Origin: Cyanobacteriota bacterium
GTDB lineage: Bacteria; Cyanobacteriota; Cyanobacteriia; Thermostichales; Thermostichaceae
Direction: 5' to 3'
Length of the DNA: 64,000 nt
NCBI GenBank assembly: GCA_033764955.1
Contig: JANRIL010000038.1
Location: forward strand, 1-64,000
Positions 37,276 to 49,288 of the stretch are shown piece after piece. Under the pieces are notes generated by a model that did no database searches, was not told where the DNA came from, and was given only the letters and a program-made list of their open reading frames with translations. How positions within the stretch are numbered: the stretch's first letter is position 1; the number at the start of each line of letters is the position of its first letter. The position numbers and the translations under genes are program-made.

Positions 37276-37469
37276 TAAAGTTGGTAAGCTTGATTACCGC
37301 CATTCTCATTAAAAAATTTCTTAACTCGGTCTAAAGATACATATAGATAATCCTTACACAAACCACATGGAAGTTGGCTAGGTTGACTACTTCCTAACAC
37401 ATGGTATGGCTGGCTCTGTGGATTACGCCCTGCATTACATGCTGGACATGGAAACTGATCCTGATTCAT
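37251..37469 (-). CDS. Small CxxC...CxxC protein; C-terminus supplied by the MITE
   Basis: CPAC...CGLC. Confidence 0.5.
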   Translation of the reverse strand: MNQDQFPCPACNAGRNPQSQPYHVLGSSQPSQLPCGLCKDYLYVSLDRVKKFFNENGGNQAYQLYIASLNDS

Positions 37470-37950
37470 AGAGTAGCTTGATTACAAAGTGAGCAGACAA
37501 CTACTTATTGCTTTTGCACATGAGTCTAGCCATGTATTATACGGAAAATTTCTGGGTAATACAATCAATGGGCATGTTATCCCGATTTGCTCCGGCTAAG
37601 CTTCTTTGAAGCATGTTATGCCAAAATATCCAATGTTTTGTTTCGAGACCAGTAGCTAGGGTCAAGGAAAGCAAAGTATAAATACTTGGGTTTTTAGATA
37701 GAGATAGCCAGCTATCACCCAGAAAATTGCTTGACTACGTGCGTGATGTGATGTCAACCATTACTTCTATCAGGCTGAGATGGCTGATGTGCAATGGATG
37801 TTTCATTCTGTACCTATTGAACGCTATTCCAGGATGCGGCGGGATGAAGAGAGGGATCCCTTGCGGATGAGCTATGACTCCTCAGCACGCAAGAAAGGTG
37901 GAGGCATTGCATCCAGAATCCGATTATTCGCTTTAAATTGATGACCTGTC

Positions 37951-38724
37951 TTAGCGCAGTTGATAGCTGAGGGTATAGGATCCCAGCGCGGGATCCTCAT
38001 AGGCATTGACGCGAATGGTGTAGTCGCCGGATTGTTCCAAATAAATCGCTAAAAGAGCATCGGATCCCCCCCCTTGGTCATCATCTTGTCCAATCACATC
38101 CCCCTGTGCATTCACTACCTGCACAAACGCATCGAACTCAGCACTGGCTAGTTTAACCAGTAGGGTTTGTCGGGCTTTGCCACTGATCGGATATTCATCC
38201 ATCCAGGTTTGGTCGTCGGGATGTTGGGCATCGCCTTCGGTTAGGGATCCCGTCAGTTGGGTTTCCCACTCTACATCCCCTAGGCTGTAGCTGAGTTGAT
38301 AGTCCCCTGTGGCTTGCGGGTCAAACGTGGTGGCGCGGATCGTATAGGTGCCCGCTTCCGGTAGCTGTACCGCCAAAAAAGCATGGACATCGGGTCCTGC
38401 ATCGTCATTAAAGGCGATAATTTCCCCTTGACTATTGAGCACCTCCAGATAGGGATCAACATCGCTACTTTCCATCCCCACCATCAAGATTTGTCCGGCG
38501 CTGGCTTGAATAGGAATGGTATCCCCATAGGTTTCATCGGCGGGGTTGAAGGGATCCCCGACCACTAAGCTGCCCGTCAGGGTTTGGCTGCCCCGATAAA
38601 ACATCGTCGCATCCGTCTCAAAAGCAGGCAATCCTCCACATCCCACCACGGTTATCCCTGCTGTCAATAGAGTTAGATATAGATATCGCCACCCCAACAT
38701 TGGTCTCATCATCCTCCCTCCCAC
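37951..38724 (-). CDS. Lipoprotein with two PPC (pre-peptidase C-terminal) domains
   Basis: VVGC lipobox; repeated D..L.V.N.QG..I..DD, G.Y.IR. Confidence 0.8.
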   Translation of the reverse strand: MGGRMMRPMLGWRYLYLTLLTAGITVVGCGGLPAFETDATMFYRGSQTLTGSLVVGDPFNPADETYGDTIPIQASAGQILMVGMESSDVDPYLEVLNSQGEIIAFNDDAGPDVHAFLAVQLPEAGTYTIRATTFDPQATGDYQLSYSLGDVEWETQLTGSLTEGDAQHPDDQTWMDEYPISGKARQTLLVKLASAEFDAFVQVVNAQGDVIGQDDDQGGGSDALLAIYLEQSGDYTIRVNAYEDPALGSYTLSYQLR

Positions 38725-38825
38725 ACTTGGCTAGCCCCAATCCTACTCGAAACTTTTTTAGAGGGATCCCACAGGAAGCGGGCTGATGCTGGATAGATTA
38801 TGGGGCGTTGCTGGATCCCCAGCAC

Positions 38826-39752
38826 TTATTCCCCGATCATCCAGTCTTGCAGCATGGCTTGCCGTCGTGGATGACGCAGCTTCCGCATCGCTTTGGCCTG
38901 AATTTGGCGGACTCGCTCGCGCGATAACCCAAAGCGCTGTCCAATTTCGGAGAGGGTGTGATTGTGTCCGTCCTGCAAGCCGTAGCGCAGTTTAATGATT
39001 TCTTGTTCGCGGGGGGTGAGCTGGGTTAAGACTTCATCCATCTGGGTGGAGAGCATTTTTCCGTCCAACTGAGCCTCTAGGGGAAGTTCGCTCTCCGACT
39101 CGATCAACTGCAACAGCTCCGTATCTTCATCCTTGCCCACCCGTGCGTGCAGGGAGAGGGTTTGCCGCCCTGCATCCAAAATGGCATCCAGTTTATCGGG
39201 GGTGAGATCAAGAGCCTCGGCAATCTCCGCTTGGGTGGGTTTGCGTCCCAATTGCTCGGCCAGATCCCGTCGGATCTTTTTGACATGGTTCAGTTTTTCC
39301 ACCATGTGAACGGGCAAGCGCACCAGGCGGGACTGATTGGCAACCGCGCGGGTGATCCCTTGGCGAATCCACCAATAGGCATAGGTAGAAAACTTATAGC
39401 CCCGTTCATAATCAAACTTTTCGGCAGCCCGCATCAGCCCAATGGTTCCTTCCTGGATCAAATCCAAAAAGGGCACGCCCCGATTCAAATATTTTTTGGC
39501 AATCGACACCACTAACCGCAGGTTGGCGCGTACCAACTGCCGTTTGGCGCGTTCCCCACTCTCTCCCCCTTTGACAATTTGGCGAGCCAGTTCGACCTCC
39601 TGCACCTGAGTCAATAGGGGGTAACGAGCCATTTCTTTGAGAAACAGGCCAACCGAATCATCCGCTGGGGGGCGACGAGGGGATCCCTTGCTGTTGGGGC
39701 TAGAAATCTTGACATGAACGGAGGTGTTGGGGGGAGGAGCAAGGCTAGCCAT
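38826..39752 (-). CDS. Group 2 sigma-70 factor (RpoD/SigA family)
   Basis: [44 protein letters not shown]. Confidence 0.93.
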   Translation of the reverse strand: MASLAPPPNTSVHVKISSPNSKGSPRRPPADDSVGLFLKEMARYPLLTQVQEVELARQIVKGGESGERAKRQLVRANLRLVVSIAKKYLNRGVPFLDLIQEGTIGLMRAAEKFDYERGYKFSTYAYWWIRQGITRAVANQSRLVRLPVHMVEKLNHVKKIRRDLAEQLGRKPTQAEIAEALDLTPDKLDAILDAGRQTLSLHARVGKDEDTELLQLIESESELPLEAQLDGKMLSTQMDEVLTQLTPREQEIIKLRYGLQDGHNHTLSEIGQRFGLSRERVRQIQAKAMRKLRHPRRQAMLQDWMIGE

Positions 39753-40076
39753 AGATCTCATCTCAGAAAGAATGACAGATGGTTCTGAAGGGAGGGCAAC
39801 CGTAGAAGCGGTTTTAGGATGGTGGCAGCAGAAAATAAGGAAGCCTACGTCGTCAAGTCGTGAGGAAGGATCCACCGCCCCATTAGGCTAGGTTTTGCCT
39901 CAGAGTTACCGTCAAATTATTGCTGCGATGCTACCGAGGCTGGATGGCTTTCGGCTGTCAAGTAGAATACAGACTAGCTTGCAAAAAGCTGAAATTCTCC
40001 TGAGCAGACCATCAACACAACGGATCCAGCCAATCAGGTGAGCCAGGAGATCTCACTAGTGCAATCGCTGGGGGTG

Positions 40077-41082
40077 GGTGGGAGAGTTTTTCGGGCGCAA
40101 GAGTTGCCCTTCTACCCGCCGCATGGGTTTGGCTGTCGCTGTCGGACAATATCTCTCACCGAGCGCTAGGTGCAGGAACGGGGGTTGACGGTGGTTAGGG
40201 GATTTTGTCCGTTATCAAGACCCAGGCTCCGGCAAGGAGACACTGATCCGACTGGAGGCTGAGCGAGGGTTTGACGGGATCCCTGGTCAGAGTCGGCCAG
40301 AGCAACGGGCGCAGATGATGCAGCAGATTTTACGGCGATTGGATCCGGTGGATGCGGCGTGGGTGCGGCAGGAGATGGCGGCGATTGATCAGAGAATTGG
40401 GGAGCGTCGAGAGGAAGTTGGTTCGTTTCAGCTTATTACTTCCGATATTTTTTTTGCCGCTCTGGGAGATTGGCTGCAACAACTTCGTTCGATCGACCAA
40501 CGATTACTAAATGCCAACCAGCTTAACCAGGTGCTTGATTCGGAGTGGGCTGTTACCGAATTACTGCAAGCAGATTCCTTAAAGGTTCGTGGAGTGATCG
40601 ATCATCAGGGAGTTTTGCAGTCTGCGGCATCTGTCGAAGCGGATGCAGGGGCATTGCGGATTCAGTGGCTTGCGACCGCCCCTCAAAATTTAATCTATTT
40701 AGAAAATCCAGATCGTCTTGCAGGTGCTAGTCGAGCGCTAATGTTGTATTTGGTTAAAGAAAGTCAGGATTTAGGGTTTCAGGGCAGGATAGAATTGGTA
40801 TCACTAGAAACTTCGATCGAGTTTTACCGTAAATTGGGATTTTCCCAGCGAGGTGGATTGCTTTCTCTCGATCCTGAAAACGCCCAAAGCCTGCTTGATC
40901 AATACGGAGACACGGTAATGTTTGCCAAATTTGATACAGAAGAGCTTGATCGTTTGGAAGCTGAGTCTGGAGCGGTTTTGGCAGTGCCAGATCAAGATGC
41001 TTTGCGACGGAGGGATGACTATAAGGCAAAGCGCATGGCGGAAATCGAGACCCAAAAACAGGAATCTGCCACTGATCAATAA
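40077..41082 (+). pseudogene. Degraded MuF (gpF) head-morphogenesis gene with GNAT-like C-terminal domain (open part 40315-41082)
   Basis: Manual translation GRVFRAQELPFYPPHGFGCRC, TAG at 40167, frameshift near 40200 into the 40315 frame; C-terminal LATAP...G...LM...FYRKLGF. Confidence 0.7.
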
Positions 41083-41559
41083 ATGGTCAAGCTCATCACC
41101 ACCGTCACTGATACTCGGCTCCAGCAACTTTTTGACCGGATCGACAATACCCTACGCAGCCCTCAGCCCCTCTACAAAGCCTGGGCTAATCACCTTGAAT
41201 CCCGTGTGGTCAATGCTTTCAAGCAAGAAACCTCTCCCGCAGGTCAAGCATGGCCGGAACTGAAGCCTGCCACCATCCGCCGCAAAAACCGGAACTCTTC
41301 CAGCCTCAACAAAAAGCTGCGAGACACCGGAACTCTCTATGACTCGATAGCCGCTCGTGCGCTGCCCGATGGTGGGGTCGTTGGCACCAATCAACGAGTG
41401 GGATCCTACAGTCTGGGTGCAATCCATCAATACGGCGCACCACAGCGAAATATCCCCTCCAGGCCATTTTTGCCTGTCGATCTTAATGGTGATCTGCTCT
41501 CTCAGAATGTTGAAGAATTGATCCAGTTGACTCAAGACTGGCTGAATTTGCAGCCTTAA
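41083..41559 (+). CDS. Phage virion morphogenesis protein (Mu gpG / P2 gpS-like)
   Basis: F.QE..P.G..WPELKPAT; LRDTG.L..SI; VGTN; AIHQYG; IPSRPFL. Confidence 0.9.
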   Translation: MVKLITTVTDTRLQQLFDRIDNTLRSPQPLYKAWANHLESRVVNAFKQETSPAGQAWPELKPATIRRKNRNSSSLNKKLRDTGTLYDSIAARALPDGGVVGTNQRVGSYSLGAIHQYGAPQRNIPSRPFLPVDLNGDLLSQNVEELIQLTQDWLNLQP

Positions 41560-42216
41560 TCGAATTAATTTCAGCTCAGAAGAAAAGGATCAAAAATATC
41601 CAAATACGCCGAAAAAAGAGACTGAAAAATCTCTAGGAACAGCCTATAGGATAAATATAGTGGATGTGGACTGATGAATTGACTATCTGTGACAGAAAAA
41701 GAGACTCCACAGGCTTCGCAAAACCGAATACTAGCAACAAATCTTAGACTTGCATCTCCTTTCACTACATTTCTAGGGAAAAAAGATATGGATTAACAAA
41801 GAATTTAAGCAAAAAAAGAAGAGGGAAAATCTTGCAGCTCAAAAATTCATGGGAGAAATTGAGGAAGATGAAAGCGAGTTCGATCTCTCAAGAGATCTTA
41901 CGGGAGCGCCTGAGGAGGGAGAGATCTGACCACAACCTGCCGACGCCAAGGGGTGGCGGATCCTTTTCGACCCACACTAGGATAACCACCATGAACCTAG
42001 ACTCTAGCCAGATTCGTAGGTGGAGAGATCCCTCCCCTCATTACTGGGTTGGGGTTGGGCAATGATCAACAGGTGACTGGCAGGGCATCATCGCTGGTGT
42101 CAAAGTTGCCTGAGTGGAAATAGATAGCCCATAACGTTTCATATGCAGACCAGATAACCGTGAGGGGTCAATTCCTCATTTCCATCGGATTCCAGTAGTA
42201 AGGAAAAAGGCGGTTT

Positions 42217-42609
42217 ATGCCCACCTCTCCAGAAAACAATAAGCAGAAGGCGATGGCTTTTTATGACCTGATGTTTAACCAGTGTCAGCCCGCCGTTGCC
42301 GTAGAGCAGTATGTTGGATCCCACTACATTCAGCACAATCCCGAGGTGGCTGACGGCAAAGATGCCTTCATTGCCTACTTTGAGCGGATGGCGGCTGAGT
42401 ATCCCGGCAAGCAAGTTTTTTTCAAGCGAGCTATTGCCGAAGGGGATTTTGTGGTGCTGCACTGCCATCAGGTTTGGCCAACGGATACCCACAAGGATTG
42501 GGCGGGCATCGATATTTTCCGGTTTGATGAGGAGGGTAAGATTGTCGAACATTGGGATGTGTTGCAGCGGGTTCCCCTCACCGCCGCTCACACCAATACC
42601 ATGTTTTAG
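42217..42609 (+). CDS. SnoaL/NTF2-like protein
   Basis: [32 protein letters not shown]. Confidence 0.88.
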   Translation: MPTSPENNKQKAMAFYDLMFNQCQPAVAVEQYVGSHYIQHNPEVADGKDAFIAYFERMAAEYPGKQVFFKRAIAEGDFVVLHCHQVWPTDTHKDWAGIDIFRFDEEGKIVEHWDVLQRVPLTAAHTNTMF

Positions 42610-42768
42610 AAACAGGTAACCAATTTCCTTGTGGTTGCCGGTGGGCAGTGAATCTTGATATCTCTAAGGAAAATAGACATTTTTTCTTAGCAACTCCTCA
42701 AAGTCTTCGCCTCAGCATCGGTCTACAATGATGCTGTTCAAGCCCGTCATGCCTGGAGACAAACGCTC

Positions 42769-44358
42769 ATGGGACAAGCTGAGTTGTTGTGGCAACGCTA
42801 CCAGGACTGGCTCTACTATCATGCGGGTCTCGATTTTTATCTCGATATCAGCCGGATTGACCTGGATCCCAATCTAATCACCCAATGGCAGCCTCGCCTA
42901 CAACAGGCTTTTGATGAGATGGAGAAGCTGGAGCAAGGGGCGATTGCCAACCCCGATGAACATCGCCAAGTAGGTCACTATTGGTTACGGGATCCCGATT
43001 TGGCACCTTCCCCAACGGTCTCAGCAGAGATTCGCACCGCCATTGACCAGATTGAGCAGTTTGCTGCCCAGATCCACCAGGGATCCCGACTGGCTCCCAC
43101 GGGACAACCCTTTCAAGATTTGGTGTGGATTGGTATTGGTGGATCGGCTTTAGGTCCGCAGTTTGTGGCCGCAGCCCTTGCCCCGGATCGGCCTCCTCTG
43201 GCGATTCACTTTATCGACAATACGGATCCCGATGGCATCGATCGCGTGATGGCGGGGTTAGCGGGTCGTTTGCCCCAGACCTTGGTGGCAGTGGTGTCCA
43301 AATCCGGCGGCACTCCAGAACCGCGCAACGGCATGATTGAAATTCAAGCCATTTATCAGCAGTTGGGATTATCCTTTGCCCGTCATGCCCTGGCCATCAC
43401 CAGTCCCGGTAGCAAGCTAGAAGCGATGGCGCAGCAGGAGGGATGGCTAGGGGTTTTTCCGATCTTTGATTGGGTGGGGGGACGCACCTCTGAGCTATCC
43501 GCCGTGGGATTATTGCCCGCCGCCCTCCAGGGGATCCCGATTCGGGAGATGTTGGCGGGGGCAGCTGAGATGGATCAGGCCACCCGTCTGCGCCAACTCC
43601 AGGACAATCCGGCGGCGCTTTTGGCTTTAGCCTGGTATGCGGTGGGATCCGGGCAGGGGCAGAAAGATATGGTGGTGCTGCCCTACAAAGATCGCCTGCT
43701 GTTGTTTAGCCGCTACCTGCAACAGTTGGTTATGGAATCATTGGGAAAATCCCATGATTTGAGCGGTCGATTGGTTAACCAGGGAATTGCGGTCTACGGC
43801 AACAAAGGTTCAACCGATCAACATGCCTACGTCCAACAGCTCCGGGATGGAATCAATAACTTTTTTGTCACTTTTATCGAGGTTCTCCAGGATCGGGTTG
43901 GAGATTCTCCCTTGGTGGAAGCGGACGTGACAGCGGGAGATTATCTGAGCGGATTGCTGCAAGGGACTCGCCAGGCTCTCTATGAGAATCAGCGGCAGTC
44001 GATTACGGTGACCATTCCCACCGTGAATGCTCGCACGGTTGGCGCGTTAATCGCTCTCTATGAGCGAGCGGTCGGCCTTTATGCCTCCTTGATCCACATC
44101 AATGCCTATCATCAACCGGGGGTGGAAGCGGGCAAAAAAGCAGCGAGTGGCGTGTTGGATCTGCAACGGAAACTGATTCATGCCCTCGATCCCACTGGGG
44201 GATCCCTTGCGTTGACGGATTTGGCCGAGCAGATCGGAGCCAGCGAGCAGATCGAAATCCTCTATAAAATCGTCCGTCATCTGGCCGCCAATCAACGTCA
44301 TCTCCAGGTGAGTGGGGATCCCCGTCTACCCTCCACCTGGCAGGTGCGTAAGCGATGA
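42769..44358 (+). CDS. pgi: Glucose-6-phosphate isomerase
   Basis: [39 protein letters not shown]. Confidence 0.96.
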   Translation: MGQAELLWQRYQDWLYYHAGLDFYLDISRIDLDPNLITQWQPRLQQAFDEMEKLEQGAIANPDEHRQVGHYWLRDPDLAPSPTVSAEIRTAIDQIEQFAAQIHQGSRLAPTGQPFQDLVWIGIGGSALGPQFVAAALAPDRPPLAIHFIDNTDPDGIDRVMAGLAGRLPQTLVAVVSKSGGTPEPRNGMIEIQAIYQQLGLSFARHALAITSPGSKLEAMAQQEGWLGVFPIFDWVGGRTSELSAVGLLPAALQGIPIREMLAGAAEMDQATRLRQLQDNPAALLALAWYAVGSGQGQKDMVVLPYKDRLLLFSRYLQQLVMESLGKSHDLSGRLVNQGIAVYGNKGSTDQHAYVQQLRDGINNFFVTFIEVLQDRVGDSPLVEADVTAGDYLSGLLQGTRQALYENQRQSITVTIPTVNARTVGALIALYERAVGLYASLIHINAYHQPGVEAGKKAASGVLDLQRKLIHALDPTGGSLALTDLAEQIGASEQIEILYKIVRHLAANQRHLQVSGDPRLPSTWQVRKR

Positions 44359-44395
44359 AGCTACTCCCTGAAAAACTAATGAGGCTATTCAAGGA

Positions 44396-47300
44396 TCAGC
44401 CATCTTCTCCATCGCCAGCCGCCGGATAGCTCAATTCTTGCGGTAGGTTCACCGAAAAGCAGGTTTCACCCAGTTGACTGGTTACCCAAATTTGACCTTG
44501 CATCTGCTCCGTTAAATGCTTGATCAGGGCTAATCCTAAACCTGTGCCCCCCTGTTTCCAGCGATCCCCATTCGGGATCCGATAAAACTTGTCGAAAATA
44601 CGCCCAATTTCACTGTTGGGAATTTCGACTCCGCTATTGCGAACTTGGAATAAAAACCGTTGGGCTTGATGGCGAATCGCCAGTTCAATGTGGGCGGAGG
44701 GAGGGGAATATTTACAGGCATTATTTAACAGTTCCGCCAGGATCCGCCCCAAGCTGGTTCGATCGGTCAAAATCATCGATTCTTGCCCCGTCAGTTGCCA
44801 GCTTAGATGCTGCTGCCGTTGTTGCAAGCGAGATTCAAAGGGTTTGAGCAAAACCGGGATCCACTCCAGCAGATCAATCCATTCCCCGTTAAATGGGTGG
44901 GATCCCCCTTCTAGTCGTTGCAGATCCAGCAAGTCGTTGATAAGTTCCGTTTCCCGCAAACATTCATCCTGCAAAATTTGTAGATAGCGCATCACTTTTG
45001 CTGCCCAGGCCTGTTGGGTATCGATATCAGAAAGTGACAACTTGAGCATATGAATCCCCATTTTCATGTTGGCCATGGGTGTGCGTAGTTCATGGGAAAC
45101 TGTACTTAAAAAATCATCCTTGAGCAGATTGAGTTGCTGCAACTCTTGCATTTTTCCTTTCAGTTTTAATTCCGCTTGTTTGCGTTCCGTAATATCAAAG
45201 GCCGTGCCCAAAATGGCGGGTTCCCCCTTAAAGCGGATCAATCCAGTTGTACAATCTAGCCATTTTTCTTCCCCTGTTTTGGTGACAATTTGAAACTCTT
45301 GATGAAAGGATTCGACCCGCCCTTGTAGTGTAGATTGAGCCTGGGCGCGGGCGGTCGCATACAGCGCTTTGGGAAGAAGTTTCCAGAAGGGCATCTGCAA
45401 CAATTCTTCTCGCTCATAGCCCGTGATCCGACTAGAGGCCACATTCACATCCAAAAAATGGTGGCGAAAGATAAAAATAGCGGAGGTGGCGGTTTCGGCC
45501 AAAATCCTGAACTTTTCTTCACTTTCCCGCAGAGCATCTTCCGCCTGTTTGCGCTGGGTGATATCCATGCTGATGCCAATGCCCCCCAAGACATTCCCCT
45601 CCCCATCCCGCATGGGCGAAAGCTCCACAAACACACGCTTGGCTGATTCCGTTCCGCCGCCTGTCTCCTCCAGCGCGGACAATCGGGGAGACTCGGCTTC
45701 TTCCTCCGGCAAAAGGGATCCCGGCGGCAAAATGGGGTAAACCGTCAACTCCCCTGACCACTTTTCTCCTTGGGCAAGGGCTTGTTTAACCTCCGGGATC
45801 TGCTGAGAGGCAAAAGGAATCACATCCTCCAAAAATTCCCCCAGAGCCGCCGCTTCCGAAAGCCCATACAGTTTTTGGGCATAGGCATTCCAATAAATCA
45901 CCTGTCCCGACAAAGCGGTTGCCACCACGGCGTTATCGACGGTATCCAGCAGTTGCGCCTGCAATTTGAGGGCGGCCACCTGCTTGTTCAGTTGAGCCGT
46001 GCGAACCCTGACTTTCCGCTCCAGTTCATCATTGAGGGATTGCACCTGCTGATAAAGTTGAGCCTGCTGAATGGCAATTTCGACCTGAGTAGCCAGCTTT
46101 TCCAGCAAACTTTTTTCGTGATCCTCCCAGTAGCGAGTATCCCGACATTGATGCGCCACCAACAGTCCCCACACTCCACCCTTTTGAAAGAGGGGTACGA
46201 CCAGATGGGCTTTCACCAGTAATCGCTGCTGGAGAAAACTAGCCAGAGGAGGGGAAAGGGTTTGTTCACGGATATCAGAAATGGCACGCACTCCCCCATG
46301 TCGATAGAGGCTGTTTAGGTGGTTAAACCAATCCCGCTTGACAACTTGACCCAGGGCTTTCGGCCAGTTGGCCGCCACTGCCTCAGCAATGATCATCCCA
46401 TCCCCATTGGCTTGAAATTCATAGACTAGGACCCGATCCACCTGAAGCAGTTGGCGCACCTCCGCCGTCGTGGTTTGGAGAATTTCCCTGAGATTGAGGG
46501 AGCGACGAATGCGGAGGGCAATTGCCGTCATCACCTGTTCTCGCTCTGCTTGTCGGTGCTGCTGGGTTTCTGCCCGTTTGCGTCCGGTCATATCCCGCAC
46601 GACAGCCAGAGCCTGCTCCTCTTCACAAACCACTAGACGGGCTTCAAATTCTTTCTTGTCCAATCCGAACATCAGTTGATATTCAAAGATCTGCATATCC
46701 CCTGTGTCGAGGGTGGTCTGGATGTGCCGCAAAAAGGTCTGAGCCACATCCACCGGCAAGACCTGCTCCAGGCGTTGTCCGATCAGGTTGGGGGCAGGCA
46801 ACAGCAGCAGTTTGCTATCCCCGCGACAGTCCAGGTATTCTCCACTGCGGCTAAAGCGAAACATCAAATCGGGGGTGGCATTGAGGATCGCGGTATTGCG
46901 GGCTTCACTCTGGCGCAGGGCGGCTTCCGTTTGTTTGTGTTGGGTGATGTCGCGGAAGGTAACCACGACCCCACTAATCTGGGACTCCGCATCTCGAATT
47001 GGGGCGGTACTGGCGGAAATAAATCGTTCACAGCCGGTTTTGCTGATCAAAAGGGTATGGCGGGGTAGACCGATCACCTGCTGTTGCTGCATCACCTGCC
47101 CCACCAGATCAGGGGGAACGTGGCGAGTTTCTGCATGGACAATCTGGAGGACTTGCGACAGGTGTTGCCCTATGGCCTCAGCGGGATCCCATCCCGTAAG
47201 ATGGGCAGCCACCGGATTGAGTTGCTGAATGTGCCCTTGCCGATCGGTGGTGATGACCCCATCCCCAATACTGGCTAGGGTGATGGCTAACCGCTCTTTT

Positions 47301-48787
47301 TCTGCCGCCAAGGCCAGTTCTGCCCGTTTGCGCTCCGCCAAGTCCTGTTGAGCGGCTTGATCGAGGCGCACATGAGCCAGCGCCAGCGCCGCCAGTTGAG
47401 CAAACTGCTCGAGGAGGTGGATTTGCTCAGGGGAAAATCGCTGCCGGGGATCCCGATGTGCTACCCCTAACACCCCCACCACCTCAGCTCCAGCCTGGGA
47501 TCCGGTTTTGAGGGGAACCCCCACGGTTGCCCGCCGTTGGGTGGCAAAATGAGGGGGACGCTCCGACCAAGCGCTATAGTCCGTAATTAACAACGATTGC
47601 CCCGTTTGCCAAACTCGCCCCGACAAGCCCTCCCCCCAGCCTAGGCGAAACCCCACATCCGCCTGAGAGGGGCCGATCCCCACCTTGAGTTCTAAATAAT
47701 GGGTAGGAGGAGACGAGGCAGCCGGATCCACCACTGTCTCCACTAAAAACATGAAGCCTTCGGGGGTGCCCAAAACCTGGGAAGCCTTTCCCACAATGGT
47801 TTGCAAAACATGGGCAAGATCCAACTGAGCATCCAAAAGCGCCAGACTGGTTTCATGCAGAGCGGCCAGATAGGCGTTGCTCTGGCGCAGTTGATCCTCC
47901 GAGCGCTTGCGATCACTGATATCGCGGCAGGTAAAAATCACCCCCCCCACGACGGGATCCGATAACAAATTACGGGCAACAGTTTCCACATAAACCCAGT
48001 GACCCTGTCGGTGGCGCAAACGATAGTGATGGGTGAGTTCCACAACCGGATGCGCCAACAGATCTTGCCAAAATCGTTGGCAATCCACCAGATCGTCGGG
48101 GTGAACAAACGACCAAAAATCTAGGTTGATCAAGGATTCCGGTCGATAGCCCAACATTTTTTCGACAGCAGGACTGACATAACGGAGGATGCCCTCCAGG
48201 GTGTGAATGGAGGTGATATCCGAGGAGCTTTGAATCAGGGAACGAAAGTATTCTTCACGGCGAGCCAGCATCCGCTCAGTTTTTTGTTGTTGGTCGATGC
48301 TGACCGTCATCGAGCAAACTCCAATGATCCGCCCATCTTCCGCCACAATCGGGTTGTAGTGGAACTCATACCATTGGTCATGATCGGTTTGCCCCCGAAT
48401 GGCTCGCTCGAACCGTAAGCTCTCCCCCTGCAAAACCTGTCGAAAATCCGCCTCAAAAGCTTGTCGATTCTGGGGATGCACATAGGCAAAAATCGATTGC
48501 CCTACCTCAAGTTGACATCCCCAAACGGTCTGAATCCAGTTGATGGCAGTTTGATTGAAGGCTTGAATGGTGAATCGATAATCGATCAATAAAACCGATT
48601 GCAAGCTGCTGTCAAAGAGTGCTTTGAGATGAGGAGGAATGCCGGGAAAGGGGGCGGCGCCGGACTGGGGTTCCAAAGCAAAAGAAATGGGGGAATTGGG
48701 ATCCCTGTCCACCATCCGTGGGTATGGCTCGGCTTCTTCCAGACTGGAGGGGAGGCTGAGGTTGAGGGGCAGGGGGGGGTCAGACAT
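44396..48787 (-). CDS. Multi-PAS/GAF sensor histidine kinase
   Basis: Several PAS/PAC (RDIT.RK), two GAF, SHELRTP, NNACKY, GGTGLGL. Confidence 0.93.
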   Translation of the reverse strand: MSDPPLPLNLSLPSSLEEAEPYPRMVDRDPNSPISFALEPQSGAAPFPGIPPHLKALFDSSLQSVLLIDYRFTIQAFNQTAINWIQTVWGCQLEVGQSIFAYVHPQNRQAFEADFRQVLQGESLRFERAIRGQTDHDQWYEFHYNPIVAEDGRIIGVCSMTVSIDQQQKTERMLARREEYFRSLIQSSSDITSIHTLEGILRYVSPAVEKMLGYRPESLINLDFWSFVHPDDLVDCQRFWQDLLAHPVVELTHHYRLRHRQGHWVYVETVARNLLSDPVVGGVIFTCRDISDRKRSEDQLRQSNAYLAALHETSLALLDAQLDLAHVLQTIVGKASQVLGTPEGFMFLVETVVDPAASSPPTHYLELKVGIGPSQADVGFRLGWGEGLSGRVWQTGQSLLITDYSAWSERPPHFATQRRATVGVPLKTGSQAGAEVVGVLGVAHRDPRQRFSPEQIHLLEQFAQLAALALAHVRLDQAAQQDLAERKRAELALAAEKERLAITLASIGDGVITTDRQGHIQQLNPVAAHLTGWDPAEAIGQHLSQVLQIVHAETRHVPPDLVGQVMQQQQVIGLPRHTLLISKTGCERFISASTAPIRDAESQISGVVVTFRDITQHKQTEAALRQSEARNTAILNATPDLMFRFSRSGEYLDCRGDSKLLLLPAPNLIGQRLEQVLPVDVAQTFLRHIQTTLDTGDMQIFEYQLMFGLDKKEFEARLVVCEEEQALAVVRDMTGRKRAETQQHRQAEREQVMTAIALRIRRSLNLREILQTTTAEVRQLLQVDRVLVYEFQANGDGMIIAEAVAANWPKALGQVVKRDWFNHLNSLYRHGGVRAISDIREQTLSPPLASFLQQRLLVKAHLVVPLFQKGGVWGLLVAHQCRDTRYWEDHEKSLLEKLATQVEIAIQQAQLYQQVQSLNDELERKVRVRTAQLNKQVAALKLQAQLLDTVDNAVVATALSGQVIYWNAYAQKLYGLSEAAALGEFLEDVIPFASQQIPEVKQALAQGEKWSGELTVYPILPPGSLLPEEEAESPRLSALEETGGGTESAKRVFVELSPMRDGEGNVLGGIGISMDITQRKQAEDALRESEEKFRILAETATSAIFIFRHHFLDVNVASSRITGYEREELLQMPFWKLLPKALYATARAQAQSTLQGRVESFHQEFQIVTKTGEEKWLDCTTGLIRFKGEPAILGTAFDITERKQAELKLKGKMQELQQLNLLKDDFLSTVSHELRTPMANMKMGIHMLKLSLSDIDTQQAWAAKVMRYLQILQDECLRETELINDLLDLQRLEGGSHPFNGEWIDLLEWIPVLLKPFESRLQQRQQHLSWQLTGQESMILTDRTSLGRILAELLNNACKYSPPSAHIELAIRHQAQRFLFQVRNSGVEIPNSEIGRIFDKFYRIPNGDRWKQGGTGLGLALIKHLTEQMQGQIWVTSQLGETCFSVNLPQELSYPAAGDGEDG

Positions 48788-49288
48788 GGCGGGATCCCTT
48801 CTCTAACTCTGCGCGCAATCTTGTTTATCCTATCTCTGAAGTTCCCCAACCGTGCCTAGTCATGAGTTGGCACGATCCCTAGCTTTATTGAGAATAGCAT
48901 TGAGACCTCATAAAAACTACGATTGAAGGCAAAGGAACGCAAATAGCAAGAAAAGTGAGAAGCGAAGAGATTAGGTGAGTTATCTTGTGGAACATGTGAA
49001 TATATTATCTCCATTAGGAAGGTGTTCCTTGAGTCCAATCTCCCATTTTTGTACTATCTTTTTAGGTAGTTTTTGTCTGTTTTTTAGGACGTTATAACTA
49101 GATTGAGAAATAAATTAGGACGATTATCCTAGTCACGATTTGGAAATAATTGGTATATAGTATGAAGAGTTGTTTTGAAAAAAAATATGGGCACTAAGCT
49201 GATGAGAATAAACATTCATTGCAACCAATTTGACTTATCCCCGTCTATTGATCAATTTATCGTTAGGAGCTTTAAGAAACCAGGATTT

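Noticed and set aside
39830..39912. Possible c-di-GMP-I riboswitch upstream of the sigma factor
   Set aside because: GGCAAAACC is present but the GNRA loop and GCAAAG/receptor elements are missing
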